Below are positions 9,470-17,131 of a stretch of 39,089 bases of DNA, in pieces. The stretch comes from a virus (taxonomy: Duplodnaviria; Caudoviricetes). The notes below the pieces were generated by a model. It was not told the DNA's origin and did not search any database. It worked only from the letters and a program-made list of their open reading frames with translations. A program made the position numbers and the translations under genes. The DNA is taken from positions 1 to 39,089 of the IMG/VR virus record IMGVR_UViG_3300031841_001383, one strand, 5' to 3'. Position 1 is the stretch's first letter. Each line of letters starts with the position of its first letter.

Positions 9470-9696
9470 CGCTTTTCCTCTGTGTCTATGATCTCAAGAT
9501 CACCTATTGAAAAGCCCAGACTGTTCATCAAACCTGTGCGCCTACGCAACCTGTTCTCTGCCAACTCTTTGGCTTCTTCTTCGTCCACGGCTTTAACAAA
9601 CTGGTCTTTGTAGAACTCAACAATCAACCCGACCCTGTAATACCTTTGTTTGTGCTTCGACCCTGAACTTACGGTCTTTAATTTTGTCATTGTCAT
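9466..9696 (-). CDS. Hypothetical protein
   Basis: VKAVDEEEAKELAE pattern common in small phage early proteins; packed in the operon. Confidence 0.6.
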   Translation of the reverse strand: MTMTKLKTVSSGSKHKQRYYRVGLIVEFYKDQFVKAVDEEEAKELAENRLRRRTGLMNSLGFSIGDLEIIDTEEKR

Positions 9697-9799
9697 ATAC
9701 CTTCGTAAACAATTTGAACCAACATTTGGGGCAGTAGTACCGCCCCTGCTCTACTACTATCGCCTGGGCAGCACACTCTGTGCAATGATAATCAGTCAC
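9617..9799 (-). CDS. Small zinc-finger protein
   Basis: CTEC...YCPKCW; ATGA-type overlap with the HNH gene stop. Confidence 0.55.
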   Translation of the reverse strand: MTDYHCTECAAQAIVVEQGRYYCPKCWFKLFTKVYDNDKIKDRKFRVEAQTKVLQGRVDC

Positions 9800-11013
9800 G
9801 ACTTCGCTTTCTTTATTACGTTATCATAGAACATATTTTCCCTGTGCCATTTCAGGTAACGCTTGCGTCGCTCACCTTCTCCACCTTGCAACAAATGTGC
9901 GATGGAAACAGTCCACCAATTTTTAGGCAAGCCAAGAGCCAGTAACTCTTCGTTTGTAACCTTGGTGCTACGCATTACCCTGCCTTCATCATTAAATGAA
10001 ATGAACGCCACCCGTTGAAACCCTTCCACTGCCTCACAGTCAAACAATTTGTCTGGTAGAATAGACAGCATTAGAATGTTAGCTGGGTCTGCCCCTTCAC
10101 TACCTTCACACTCAGAATCAGGCTTGATGTGTGACACCCTCAAAAACTTTGGACTTGATATGTTTGTAAAAGGACACACAGGATTTCTTTCCAGCATTTT
10201 TTTACGCAGTGTCTTTTGATCATACGGCCTACCCTTTACAACTGTTTCTTTTCGTTCACCCACAGCTACCTCCGCTTCCGCCTGTTGCTTCCATTCTTCT
10301 GGCACATGATGTCCCTTTGCAAACTGACCGTTTGGCTTTCTTTCAACATCAGGTTTGACAGGTTTACGCAGAACCAGCTTGCCGTCGTCCATGAATAGCT
10401 GTTTACTTGAATCAACAAAGCCGCTTTTAACCGCAGGAAACGGGCCGTCCAACACCTGTTTGGACGGGATCATCATTGCATATTTGTGCAGCGATGATAG
10501 AGCCTCTGACCTTTGTCTTAGATTGCCTTCTATGAATTGCTCAGTGCCAAACACGGCAAGAAAGTTTAGTATTACCTTTGCCCCAAGTGGGGTGCACAAA
10601 GTTTCCCCCCTCTTGCTGACAGGAAAAGCAAGCGAATACAATTCCTGTTCTTCCTTGGTGCGGTCCTTCTGCTTGAAAAAACCTGTCAATTCATAGCTAA
10701 GTTTTGTTGACCGAGAGTTATGACCTTTGTCCGTTCGTATCACGCCATCAATTAAGAAGAACGCATGAGTCCGTAACAAGGCTAGGTCTTCGTCAGCCAT
10801 CTCAGCCATCAACCCTATAGCCCTTGCATAAGTCAAATCCTGTTGCGTGATTCCTGCAAACACGTCTGAGTTTTCAAACGCAGGGATAAGATCATGCAAA
10901 ACCTTGGGCATGGAAATAAGATGTTCTTTTAGCTTTCTGGCATACTCCGCACGACGTTGCTTGTCCTCTTTGTCCGCCTGTTCAAGTATCTGATTTTCTA
11001 AATCAACAGTCAT
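9796..11013 (-). CDS. HNH endonuclease (C-terminal HNH_2-like domain) with a large N-terminal domain of unknown function
   Basis: CPFTNISSPKFLRVSHIKP...DPANILMLSILPDKLFD...ISF...YLKWHRE. Start reassigned to ATG 11013, coupled to the upstream stop. Confidence 0.8.
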   Translation of the reverse strand: MTVDLENQILEQADKEDKQRRAEYARKLKEHLISMPKVLHDLIPAFENSDVFAGITQQDLTYARAIGLMAEMADEDLALLRTHAFFLIDGVIRTDKGHNSRSTKLSYELTGFFKQKDRTKEEQELYSLAFPVSKRGETLCTPLGAKVILNFLAVFGTEQFIEGNLRQRSEALSSLHKYAMMIPSKQVLDGPFPAVKSGFVDSSKQLFMDDGKLVLRKPVKPDVERKPNGQFAKGHHVPEEWKQQAEAEVAVGERKETVVKGRPYDQKTLRKKMLERNPVCPFTNISSPKFLRVSHIKPDSECEGSEGADPANILMLSILPDKLFDCEAVEGFQRVAFISFNDEGRVMRSTKVTNEELLALGLPKNWWTVSIAHLLQGGEGERRKRYLKWHRENMFYDNVIKKAKS

Positions 11014-11422
11014 AAGGTTCCTCCCAGTCTTCCGTGAAGACGCTGTCCAGATGTTTGATGATGTCGTCCGGTAGATACAGACGTGGCTCTTCGTAGCCCA
11101 GTGGTTCAAGCGACCTGCGGCTGGGGTCTTCATACACAATTTTTGACGGGTCTCGATCCCTGATCCTTTGTTGTATCTCAGGTAGCCAGTCATCCAGATT
11201 GTTCCCATGTTCTTTGCCTTCTGGAAACAGGATGGACTTGCCGTCCTTCTTGATGTCAAAGATCATGTAATTGTGACAGCCCCAGCTATCCGTCACGACC
11301 TCATAGCCAAGGCTTTCAATCTCACCCTCGACCTCATGCGTTCCGTTCCAGCCATCACCGTCACCGAACCCGAACTTTGAGAAGGCATCTTCCCATTCCC
11401 ATGTGATGATTACTCTAGGCAT
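11003..11422 (-). CDS. Hypothetical phage protein
   Basis: Acidic 139-aa ORF with WEDAFSKFGFGDGD and GCHNYMI; translationally coupled on both sides. Confidence 0.7.
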   Translation of the reverse strand: MPRVIITWEWEDAFSKFGFGDGDGWNGTHEVEGEIESLGYEVVTDSWGCHNYMIFDIKKDGKSILFPEGKEHGNNLDDWLPEIQQRIRDRDPSKIVYEDPSRRSLEPLGYEEPRLYLPDDIIKHLDSVFTEDWEEPYDC

Positions 11423-11694
11423 TAGTACACTCCAAATAAAAAGTCGTTGATTGTTTCGATGTCTTCCAACACCACGAAAAAGTGCTTACCTCCACCCATG
11501 TGAATGGCTGTGCAGTCTTCCTCCAAGTTTCCTGTCCTGATGGTTATCGGGCGCAGAATGAACTGCTCATCACCAAAATAAAACACGCACAGTTCTGTGT
11601 CTCGTAGATCATAATAAGTGCTACTGCTACCAACAACGTGCAACGGCATACGCCTACGCTGTATGCGCTCAAATGATTTTTCAACTTCAGTCAT
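11422..11694 (-). CDS. Hypothetical protein
   Basis: Start reassigned to MTEVEK after gaggagg. Confidence 0.6.
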   Translation of the reverse strand: MTEVEKSFERIQRRRMPLHVVGSSSTYYDLRDTELCVFYFGDEQFILRPITIRTGNLEEDCTAIHMGGGKHFFVVLEDIETINDFLFGVY

Positions 11695-11812
11695 TGCTGT
11701 CCTCCTCATCACAAGTGCAACCAAAGCGGTCAAAAACTTCGTCACTCCAGACACCGTCTTCAGTTAAACCGCATTCGCAGTTTTCTTCTTTATAGGTGTA
11801 CCCATCAGTCAT
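11687..11812 (-). CDS. 41-aa Cys-containing microprotein
   Basis: Not in the ORF track. MTDGYTYKEENCECGLTEDGVWSDEVFDRFGCTCDEEDSND; strong RBS and coupled junctions. Confidence 0.55.
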   Translation of the reverse strand: MTDGYTYKEENCECGLTEDGVWSDEVFDRFGCTCDEEDSND

Positions 11813-11825
11813 TGCTGTCCTCCTC
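11687..11825. repeat. Identical 21-bp direct repeat at successive gene junctions
   Basis: tcagtcattgctgtcctcctc at 11687-11707 and 11805-11825. Confidence 0.9.
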
Positions 11826-11984
11826 GAACGTGCCTTCAAACATGAAGACTTCACATTCGTCATTAATCAATTCACACAACTTGCCACGCACTTTGTTTTT
11901 TAACGTGTCGGGGTCAGTCCCCTTCGGTGCTTTGACGCTGAGAATATTGTCCAGCGTAAAGTCAAAAGATATCATGTCAGACAT
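11805..11984 (-). CDS. Hypothetical protein, 59 aa
   Basis: Not in the ORF track. MSDMISFDFTLDNILSVKAPKGTDP...EEDSND; fills the gap with overlapping stop/start. Confidence 0.6.
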   Translation of the reverse strand: MSDMISFDFTLDNILSVKAPKGTDPDTLKNKVRGKLCELINDECEVFMFEGTFEEDSND

Positions 11985-12390
11985 AAATCAACTCCCCAAA
12001 TAAACCACGTTGAATAATCTGGTCTGCAATCTCAGCATCGATGTCACCATAACAGACGTGATTTATGATGTGCCATGACTCCAGCATATGAATGCCTTTG
12101 GTGATAATACTCAGTGACGCACCGTGTGCCACTTCGCTTTCCTCATCACCCCAACCATCACTGCCGTGATGAACTGTCACCGGAAAGTTTTGCATTATCT
12201 GTTTGCCCACCTTCAGGTCTTTGCCCTTCGTGTGGACGTAGTCCATCCAGTGTGTACTGCCCCCTTCCAGTGCAGTAATCCAAATATTTTCGGCAGTGTC
12301 TGCCCACCAATCAAACGGGAACTGATGCGCCACCGTCAGGATTGGCGGAGCCAGCATACCCGTAACTTCTGTCCATCGTTGATTATTCAT
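11977..12390 (-). CDS. Hypothetical phage protein
   Basis: ITALEGGSTHW...IDAEIADQIIQRGLFGELIY pattern; start reassigned to 12390. Confidence 0.68.
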   Translation of the reverse strand: MNNQRWTEVTGMLAPPILTVAHQFPFDWWADTAENIWITALEGGSTHWMDYVHTKGKDLKVGKQIMQNFPVTVHHGSDGWGDEESEVAHGASLSIITKGIHMLESWHIINHVCYGDIDAEIADQIIQRGLFGELIYV

Positions 12391-12691
12391 AATCATGACC
12401 TCCATCACCTCTGTCCATTGGCTTCCATTGAATCTCAATGCCATTCTCTGGCGGCTTCTCTTGCATATTCGACATGAAGTCCCAGCCAGCATTGTGATAG
12501 CTGTTGATCACCATGATCTTACGGTCTAGCAGTTCGTAATACTGGCGCAGTCTGTCGATAAACATCCGCAACTCTGACCATTGTATGTGGTCAGTCGGGT
12601 GGCTGGTGAACATCATGCCGTCACCCATCAGGTCACCATGCTCACGAGCCATATCCATTTCTTCAATCATCAACTGTTTTAGCTTGCCCAT
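12383..12691 (-). CDS. Hypothetical protein
   Basis: MGKLKQLMIE N-terminus; coupled to neighbours. Confidence 0.62.
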   Translation of the reverse strand: MGKLKQLMIEEMDMAREHGDLMGDGMMFTSHPTDHIQWSELRMFIDRLRQYYELLDRKIMVINSYHNAGWDFMSNMQEKPPENGIEIQWKPMDRGDGGHDYE

Positions 12692-12837
12692 TTTATTTCG
12701 TCCTCAATTACGTTCCATGCACATTCATAGGCATGATCCCAATTCAAGCAGTCTCCTGACGCAACCATTTCATCCGCCATCAACTTTGCTTGATGATTAA
12801 GACAAGGCTCATGATCCAAAGGTAAAAGTAACTGCAT
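12679..12837 (-). CDS. Hypothetical protein, 52 aa
   Basis: Start reassigned to MQLLLPLD at a TGATG junction. Confidence 0.55.
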   Translation of the reverse strand: MQLLLPLDHEPCLNHQAKLMADEMVASGDCLNWDHAYECAWNVIEDEIKWAS

Positions 12838-13049
12838 CAGCTTGCCTCCTCTTCTTCTGTTATGCTTGTCAAAACCCAATCATCATCCAGATTTTTGATA
12901 ATGTCCCAGTCATCACAGGCTGACCACTCATGACGACCGTTATTGTTCGCAGCAGTCCATGCTGTTTCTTTGTCAGGGGCTTCGATGAAAGTTTCGTAAA
13001 CCACTTTCTGAACAGCAGTCACTCTAAACTTACCCATCAGCTTGCCTCC
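12835..13049. repeat. Identical 15-bp direct repeat at gene junctions
   Basis: catcagcttgcctcc at 12835-12849 and 13035-13049; both upstream genes end EAS*. Confidence 0.85.
12837..13037 (-). CDS. Hypothetical protein
   Basis: IEAPDKETAW motif; TGATG coupling on both sides. Confidence 0.65.
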   Translation of the reverse strand: MGKFRVTAVQKVVYETFIEAPDKETAWTAANNNGRHEWSACDDWDIIKNLDDDWVLTSITEEEEAS

Positions 13050-13474
13050 GCATATGCCCGTAGCATTTCACTGTGTCTCATGCTGGCAGTCTCATGCCAG
13101 TGTTTTGATTCCTCGTAGTTTTCAGGGTCATAGCGACTCTCAAAAATCTTTACATACATTTCTTTATCGTAATCATCCCAACTGATGATGTAGTAGTAGT
13201 CGCACCAATGGTAGTCATCCATCAGCATATCAATGGATGTAGCCTCAAAGTTTGGAAGCAGTCGAACCTCACCGCCCTTGTAATTTTTGTTTGCCGCAAC
13301 AAACGCTGCCGCAAATTCATCAGCTTCCCATCTTGGAAACTGCCAAGCATATGACTTGGCATCCTCAATGTGCGATGCCGCACCCTGTGGGTATCCATCA
13401 TAATGTTTGTAGACACCGTAGTAACAATCATCGTCCTGACGATCTTCAAAAAAATATACCGCTCTTGTACTCAT
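13037..13474 (-). CDS. Conserved phage protein (MSTR...YxHxDGYP family)
   Basis: MSTRAVY...VYKHYDGYPQG motif; function unknown. Confidence 0.75.
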   Translation of the reverse strand: MSTRAVYFFEDRQDDDCYYGVYKHYDGYPQGAASHIEDAKSYAWQFPRWEADEFAAAFVAANKNYKGGEVRLLPNFEATSIDMLMDDYHWCDYYYIISWDDYDKEMYVKIFESRYDPENYEESKHWHETASMRHSEMLRAYAEAS

Positions 13475-13731
13475 TAGCTTACCCTCCAGCCTTCATCATC
13501 CAGAAGGCATAAGATGTTATCCATGAACCTTGGTTCGATGACCAAGGAACGACCAAAGAATTGCCACTCAACACCAGACTCATATGCATCATTAGATGTC
13601 TGTGTCAGCCACTGAGCCGCATCATCATTCATAGGCTGAACCAAAACGATTGACCCTTCGTTGATGAACTTGAAATCACCGTCCTCGATCCACGAACCTA
13701 TGTCCTGTATTCTTTGCGCTTCTGTTGTCAT
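13474..13731 (-). CDS. Hypothetical protein, first gene of the leftward early operon
   Basis: RBS ggagg; GSIVLVQP...SLVIEPRF pattern. Confidence 0.7.
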   Translation of the reverse strand: MTTEAQRIQDIGSWIEDGDFKFINEGSIVLVQPMNDDAAQWLTQTSNDAYESGVEWQFFGRSLVIEPRFMDNILCLLDDEGWRVS

Positions 13732-13771
13732 ATCAATTTTCCTCCGATATAATAACGTAACTCATAAGACC

Positions 13772-13799
13772 ATATTATAAGACCACATGGGATAGTCAA
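13772..13799 (-). promoter_or_regulatory. Sigma70-like promoter of the leftward early operon
   Basis: TTGACT-N16-TAATAT on the minus strand, with TCCCAT in the spacer. Confidence 0.6.
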
Positions 13800-13867
13800 G
13801 CATAAAATGCACATTACTATAAAGTTTTTTTTGCCTTTTATTTTTTTATAAAAATTTTTGAAATATG

Positions 13868-13894
13868 GTGGGACAAGTGGGACAAGTGGGACAA
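13868..13894 (+). repeat. 3 x 9-bp tandem repeat GTGGGACAA next to an AT-rich tract
   Basis: Exact copies at 13868, 13877 and 13886; 13801-13866 is strongly A/T-rich. Confidence 0.9.
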
Positions 13895-13971
13895 AGCCTT
13901 ATCAGGCAACGATTACACATGGCCCACTTTTGGCCCGTTGTAACACTTCTCAGACCGTACAGGAGCGGATT

Positions 13972-14559
13972 TTGAAATCTGAAAATAAAAAACCCACAGA
14001 AAACACTATAGGCAAGGCTGGCAGACCAGCAGGCCTGACCGAACGTCAAAAGACTTTTGCCAAGTTTTATGTCGAGGGTAGGCACAGCAACGCTGAGTGT
14101 GCAAGGCTGGCAGGGTATGCAGAAAAATCTGCCAGAATACAGGCCAGCAAATTGCTCAACGGCACAGACTTTCCAGAAGTTGTCGAACTCATAAAAGAAC
14201 TTAAACAGGCGGCTGAACGAAAATATGGCGTGACTCTGATGCATCAGCTTAAACGTCTGGACGAATTGTCGAGGGGTGCGGAAGAAGCAGGGCAATACTC
14301 TGCCGCAATCAACGCTGAGAAAATTCGCTCTGCTTTGGGCGGTCTTACTATTGACAGGCGTGAACAGCAACATATCCATCAGCTTGACAACATGAGCAAA
14401 CAGGACATTGTTGCCCGTCTGGCAGAACTGCGGAAGTCATATCCACACGCATTCATTGAGGGGGAAATAGCAGATGCCAAAGTCATTGAACACAGAGAGG
14501 AAACTGTGGCTGTCTTTGAAGAAGTCCCTGCCGAAAAAGACCCATTGCCAACGGATTGA
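13972..14559 (+). CDS. terS: Terminase small subunit
   Basis: GRPAGLTERQKTFAKFYV...AECARLAGYAEKSARIQASKLL HTH pattern; AAINAEKIR. Start reassigned to TTG 13972 after aggag. Confidence 0.85.
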   Translation: MKSENKKPTENTIGKAGRPAGLTERQKTFAKFYVEGRHSNAECARLAGYAEKSARIQASKLLNGTDFPEVVELIKELKQAAERKYGVTLMHQLKRLDELSRGAEEAGQYSAAINAEKIRSALGGLTIDRREQQHIHQLDNMSKQDIVARLAELRKSYPHAFIEGEIADAKVIEHREETVAVFEEVPAEKDPLPTD

Positions 14560-14890
14560 GAACCGTGTTTCGGAGGGGATGCCAGACTGTTATCTGTGCA
14601 TTGATGGCGTACCAGTATGGGTTGAATTAAAAATAACAAAAAATAACGCAATCGAGATACAACCCTCACAGATTGCATGGCATACCAGCCATTCTCGCTG
14701 TGGTGGCGTAAGTTTTTTTCTTGCTTACAGCCCCTCTGAGGGACTTGCTTTTTTATTTGACGGGGGTTTAGCGGCCCAGATCCAAGGTGCGAGGTTCGAT
14801 GACCTGCGGCCTGCGGCCTTATTCTCTGGTGATCTAGATTCTTGTGCCTCGAACCTGCGGCCTGCGGCCTGCGCCCTCTGGTCTTTATAA
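14474..14890 (+). CDS. VRR-NUC/Holliday junction resolvase-like PD-(D/E)XK nuclease
   Basis: RIEN...GMPDCY...WVELK...QIAWH. Confidence 0.85.
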   Translation: MPKSLNTERKLWLSLKKSLPKKTHCQRIENRVSEGMPDCYLCIDGVPVWVELKITKNNAIEIQPSQIAWHTSHSRCGGVSFFLAYSPSEGLAFLFDGGLAAQIQGARFDDLRPAALFSGDLDSCASNLRPAACALWSL

Positions 14891-14922
14891 AAGAGTGGGC
14901 CACCTGCGTCCTGCGCCTGCGG
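14803..14922 (+). repeat. CCTGCG(G) heptamer cluster 1 (about 8 copies in three blocks)
   Basis: Blocks at 14803-14819, 14854-14874 and 14903-14922. Confidence 0.92.
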
Positions 14923-14969
14923 CCCAAAGTTATTGGAGAATCTAAAATGATCATGATCAGAATAAGAGA

Positions 14970-15002
14970 TGTCCAGACTGATGTCAATAATCAGCCTGGA
15001 CA
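14970..15002 (-). terminator. Hairpin terminator after the GP88-like gene
   Basis: 13-bp stem tgtccaggctgat/atcagtctggaca (one G-U in the minus-strand RNA), followed by tctcttattct. Confidence 0.6.
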
Positions 15003-15009
15003 GTGTGCT

Positions 15010-15684
15010 CTAGTGTTTGGGATAAGATACGGTTTTGACTTCACGAGACCAACAGGCCCGGCAGTCTCCACAATAGCCAAGGTCAATCTTGCCTATTTGC
15101 TTTTCTTTCTTTGCGGTTTCGTATTCGTCGTGTGATATCATCTCACCGTTCTTTTTTGTCCGGTAAGCTTCACACAGTTTGCCAATTGGCGCCGCCTTGT
15201 CTGTTATAACTGCGCTGGAATTTTCCCAATCTTTAGGCGGAGCTTTATCAATCATCGTTGCGCTGTATCTGATAACAGCATTATCTGGCAAGCTTTCCAT
15301 TTTTAAAGCTTGTTGCCATAGCTTGCGTTCTTTGGTTGGTATCCAGTGTTTTTTGTTTGGTGTTAATCTGCAAACTGCGATTATCTTCAGGCAATGTGCG
15401 ACGCTATGCACGTCGCCTGAATCCCACCAACGATGTTCTTTTGCCCGTCGCCTATTTAATTCTTCAACCATTACTGAAACAAACTCTGATGAGTTTAATA
15501 AATCCAGTCTGTATTCCATAGCTTGCTGAACTATGGGCCATATGTATGCGCCTTTTAATGCATAGCATTCAAAGCAAACTGAGCCGGGAATTTTTGCCAG
15601 TACTGAACCAGTCACGCAATGCTGCGCCGGTATGGAAAAGCTAGTACCCGGCATTTTTGACGGTTTAGAAAGTATTGCAACCAT
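15010..15684 (-). CDS. GP88-like phage protein (Cys-rich, possible Fe-S enzyme)
   Basis: SKMPGTSFSIPA..C...CFECYA, RWWDSGD, HWIPTKE, C-terminal CGDCRACW. Confidence 0.8.
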   Translation of the reverse strand: MVAILSKPSKMPGTSFSIPAQHCVTGSVLAKIPGSVCFECYALKGAYIWPIVQQAMEYRLDLLNSSEFVSVMVEELNRRRAKEHRWWDSGDVHSVAHCLKIIAVCRLTPNKKHWIPTKERKLWQQALKMESLPDNAVIRYSATMIDKAPPKDWENSSAVITDKAAPIGKLCEAYRTKKNGEMISHDEYETAKKEKQIGKIDLGYCGDCRACWSREVKTVSYPKH

Positions 15685-15715
15685 GTTTTTATTCTCCTGT
15701 TGTTATGGTCTTTTT

Positions 15716-15744
15716 ATTGTATGGGATATTCCCATGTTATGCAA
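15716..15744 (-). promoter_or_regulatory. Sigma70 promoter with a palindromic operator-like site
   Basis: TTGCAT-N17-TACAAT; ATGGGA-N3-TCCCAT palindrome at 15721-15735. Confidence 0.8.
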
Positions 15745-15748
15745 GCCC

Positions 15749-15817
15749 TAATCCTGCGGCCTGCGGCCTTGTTCTTTTGTGTAATCCTGCGGCCTGCGGC
15801 CTCGCGCTTTATATATA
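15749..15817 (+). repeat. CCTGCGG heptamer cluster 2
   Basis: taatcctgcggcctgcggcct twice (15749, 15782); the second continues cctcgcgctttatatata. Confidence 0.92.
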
Positions 15818-15841
15818 TGAAAAAAAATTTTTTAAAACGAA

Positions 15842-15867
15842 ACTGGGCCAGCTTGCGCTGGCCCAGT
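15842..15867 (-). terminator. Rho-independent terminator
   Basis: actgggccagc-GCAA-gctggcccagt hairpin, followed by a T-rich tract on the minus strand. Confidence 0.85.
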
Positions 15868-15880
15868 ACGGGAGAAAACC

Positions 15881-16090
15881 CTAGTTGTCATCCCAGCTTC
15901 TCAGCATGGGTTCCATGTTTCCGAACTGATTTGCTACTGCCATTAGCTCTGGGAAATGTTTTTTTACCAGTTCAATATTCTCTGGGTCCAGTAATGCTAT
16001 AGCAGAGTGAACAGTGTCCGCAGCGTCGTATAGACTGTTAATGCGAGTGTCGGGAAGCCCGACACTCTGAAGCTTTTCATAGTAGGTCAT
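15881..16090 (-). CDS. Hypothetical protein
   Basis: TAATG coupling; RBS gagg; followed by a terminator. Confidence 0.65.
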   Translation of the reverse strand: MTYYEKLQSVGLPDTRINSLYDAADTVHSAIALLDPENIELVKKHFPELMAVANQFGNMEPMLRSWDDN

Positions 16091-16332
16091 TACGCTACCT
16101 CGCTATCATATGGTTGGATTAGGTCGTCTGCTTGGCCTTCTATCTCGGCTAGCTCTTCAGCCCATTCAGCAATTTGCTCTGCCAATTCTTCAAAGGCTTC
16201 AGCAACGTGCTGGTTTTTATGCTCCATGCTATCCAGATGAAGGTCTTGTGATAGCTCCTCTGCGATGGCACGGGCCTCGCATACTGCGCTGGCAAGTTTC
16301 CTCGCCTGCTTTATTGCCATTGTATCTAACAT
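16090..16332 (-). CDS. Acidic helical hypothetical protein
   Basis: Start reassigned to ATG 16332 after ggag; the ORF-track start lies inside the promoter. Confidence 0.65.
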   Translation of the reverse strand: MLDTMAIKQARKLASAVCEARAIAEELSQDLHLDSMEHKNQHVAEAFEELAEQIAEWAEELAEIEGQADDLIQPYDSEVA

Positions 16333-16393
16333 TTTATTCTCCAATGTTGTTACCCATTTTGGGTAGTTGTCCCCATAGGTGGGGCTTGGGTTT

Positions 16394-16422
16394 AGTATAT
16401 GGGATAATCTCATAAAGGTCAA
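16394..16422 (-). promoter_or_regulatory. Sigma70 promoter with an operator-like site
   Basis: TTGACC-N17-TATACT; ATGAGA-N3-TCCCAT at 16399-16413. Confidence 0.82.
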
Positions 16423-16452
16423 GAGCAGCTTCTACGCTACTATGTTACCACA

Positions 16453-16503
16453 CCTGCGACCTGCGACCTCGCGCTTTATATATAGTCCTGCGACCTGCGA
16501 CCT
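16453..16503 (+). repeat. CCTGCGA heptamer cluster 3
   Basis: cctgcga x2, cctcgcgctttatatata, gt, cctgcga x2. Confidence 0.92.
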
Positions 16504-16526
16504 AGGGGGCAGGCCCCCGCCTGGAC

Positions 16527-16552
16527 GAAAAGAAAAGGGGGCCGCAGCCCCC
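16527..16552 (-). terminator. Rho-independent terminator
   Basis: GGGGGC-TGCG-GCCCCC followed by ttttctttt on the minus strand. Confidence 0.8.
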
Positions 16553-16558
16553 AGTCCC

Positions 16559-16753
16559 TTACCACCTCCCTGCTTTGATTGCGAATGCGATCCCCGTTGC
16601 TATGACGACTGCTCCCATGACCATAAACTCTATAGCCAATAGCGGGAATTCATCACGGTTCCAAAGGTCCGCCCCAGTGAACAGCAGGGTTGCCCCTGCT
16701 GCTCCGAATATCACTGACATTACTCCCCAGAACATTCGTCTCTCCGTTGCCAT
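16559..16753 (-). CDS. Small membrane protein with two predicted TM helices
   Basis: Two long hydrophobic segments; ends just before the terminator. Confidence 0.6.
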   Translation of the reverse strand: MATERRMFWGVMSVIFGAAGATLLFTGADLWNRDEFPLLAIEFMVMGAVVIATGIAFAIKAGRW

Positions 16754-17085
16754 GCCCAGTCTGAGGCGATGCCATCAAACATGCGCTTTAACCATTCTGC
16801 TTGTGGCACGTTGCTGGCATTGGTGTGAAGGCCGACAAGCTTGCCAATAAACTTCCTGTCTTCGAGGGGATGGTAGTCTTTACCATCATCTCTATGCTTT
16901 TTATCAATCCAGAGCATAGGACCGTGAACCAACCGATAGAAATGTGCTCTGTCACACCACCTGTCGACATTGTCTTTTCTAATCTGACCTAGGCCGATGC
17001 CCATAGTCCAATCGATGACCGAATATTTATAGTCGGGTAGATCATCCCAGCCTTTTACTGACTCTGCATTCCAATTTAATGGCAT
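16720..17085 (-). CDS. Hypothetical phage protein
   Basis: Start reassigned to MPLNWN after aaggt; TMGIGLGQI...VGLHTNAS pattern. Confidence 0.68.
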   Translation of the reverse strand: MPLNWNAESVKGWDDLPDYKYSVIDWTMGIGLGQIRKDNVDRWCDRAHFYRLVHGPMLWIDKKHRDDGKDYHPLEDRKFIGKLVGLHTNASNVPQAEWLKRMFDGIASDWAWQRRDECSGE

Positions 17086-17131
17086 TGTATTACCTTTCTG
17101 GGGGGCCGCAGCCCCCCTGTTGGTGTTTGGA

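Noticed and set aside
11014-11259. N-terminal extension of the HNH ORF
   Set aside because: It lies inside the 11003..11422 gene; ATG 11013 has an RBS and stop-start coupling.
13846-14379. 177-aa ORF ending CPTCPTCPT as a metal-binding protein
   Set aside because: It is antisense to terS, and the Cys repeat is the reverse translation of the 9-bp DNA repeat.
14379-14987. 202-aa minus-strand ORF, plus 14842..15135, 15700..16002 and 16379..16642
   Set aside because: These are shadow frames over the repeats and over well-supported genes; RPQAAG/LRPAA strings are just translated heptamers.
14803-16503. Heptamer clusters as a CRISPR array
   Set aside because: Units are 7 bp and tandem, with no regular 25-45 bp unique spacers and no cas genes.
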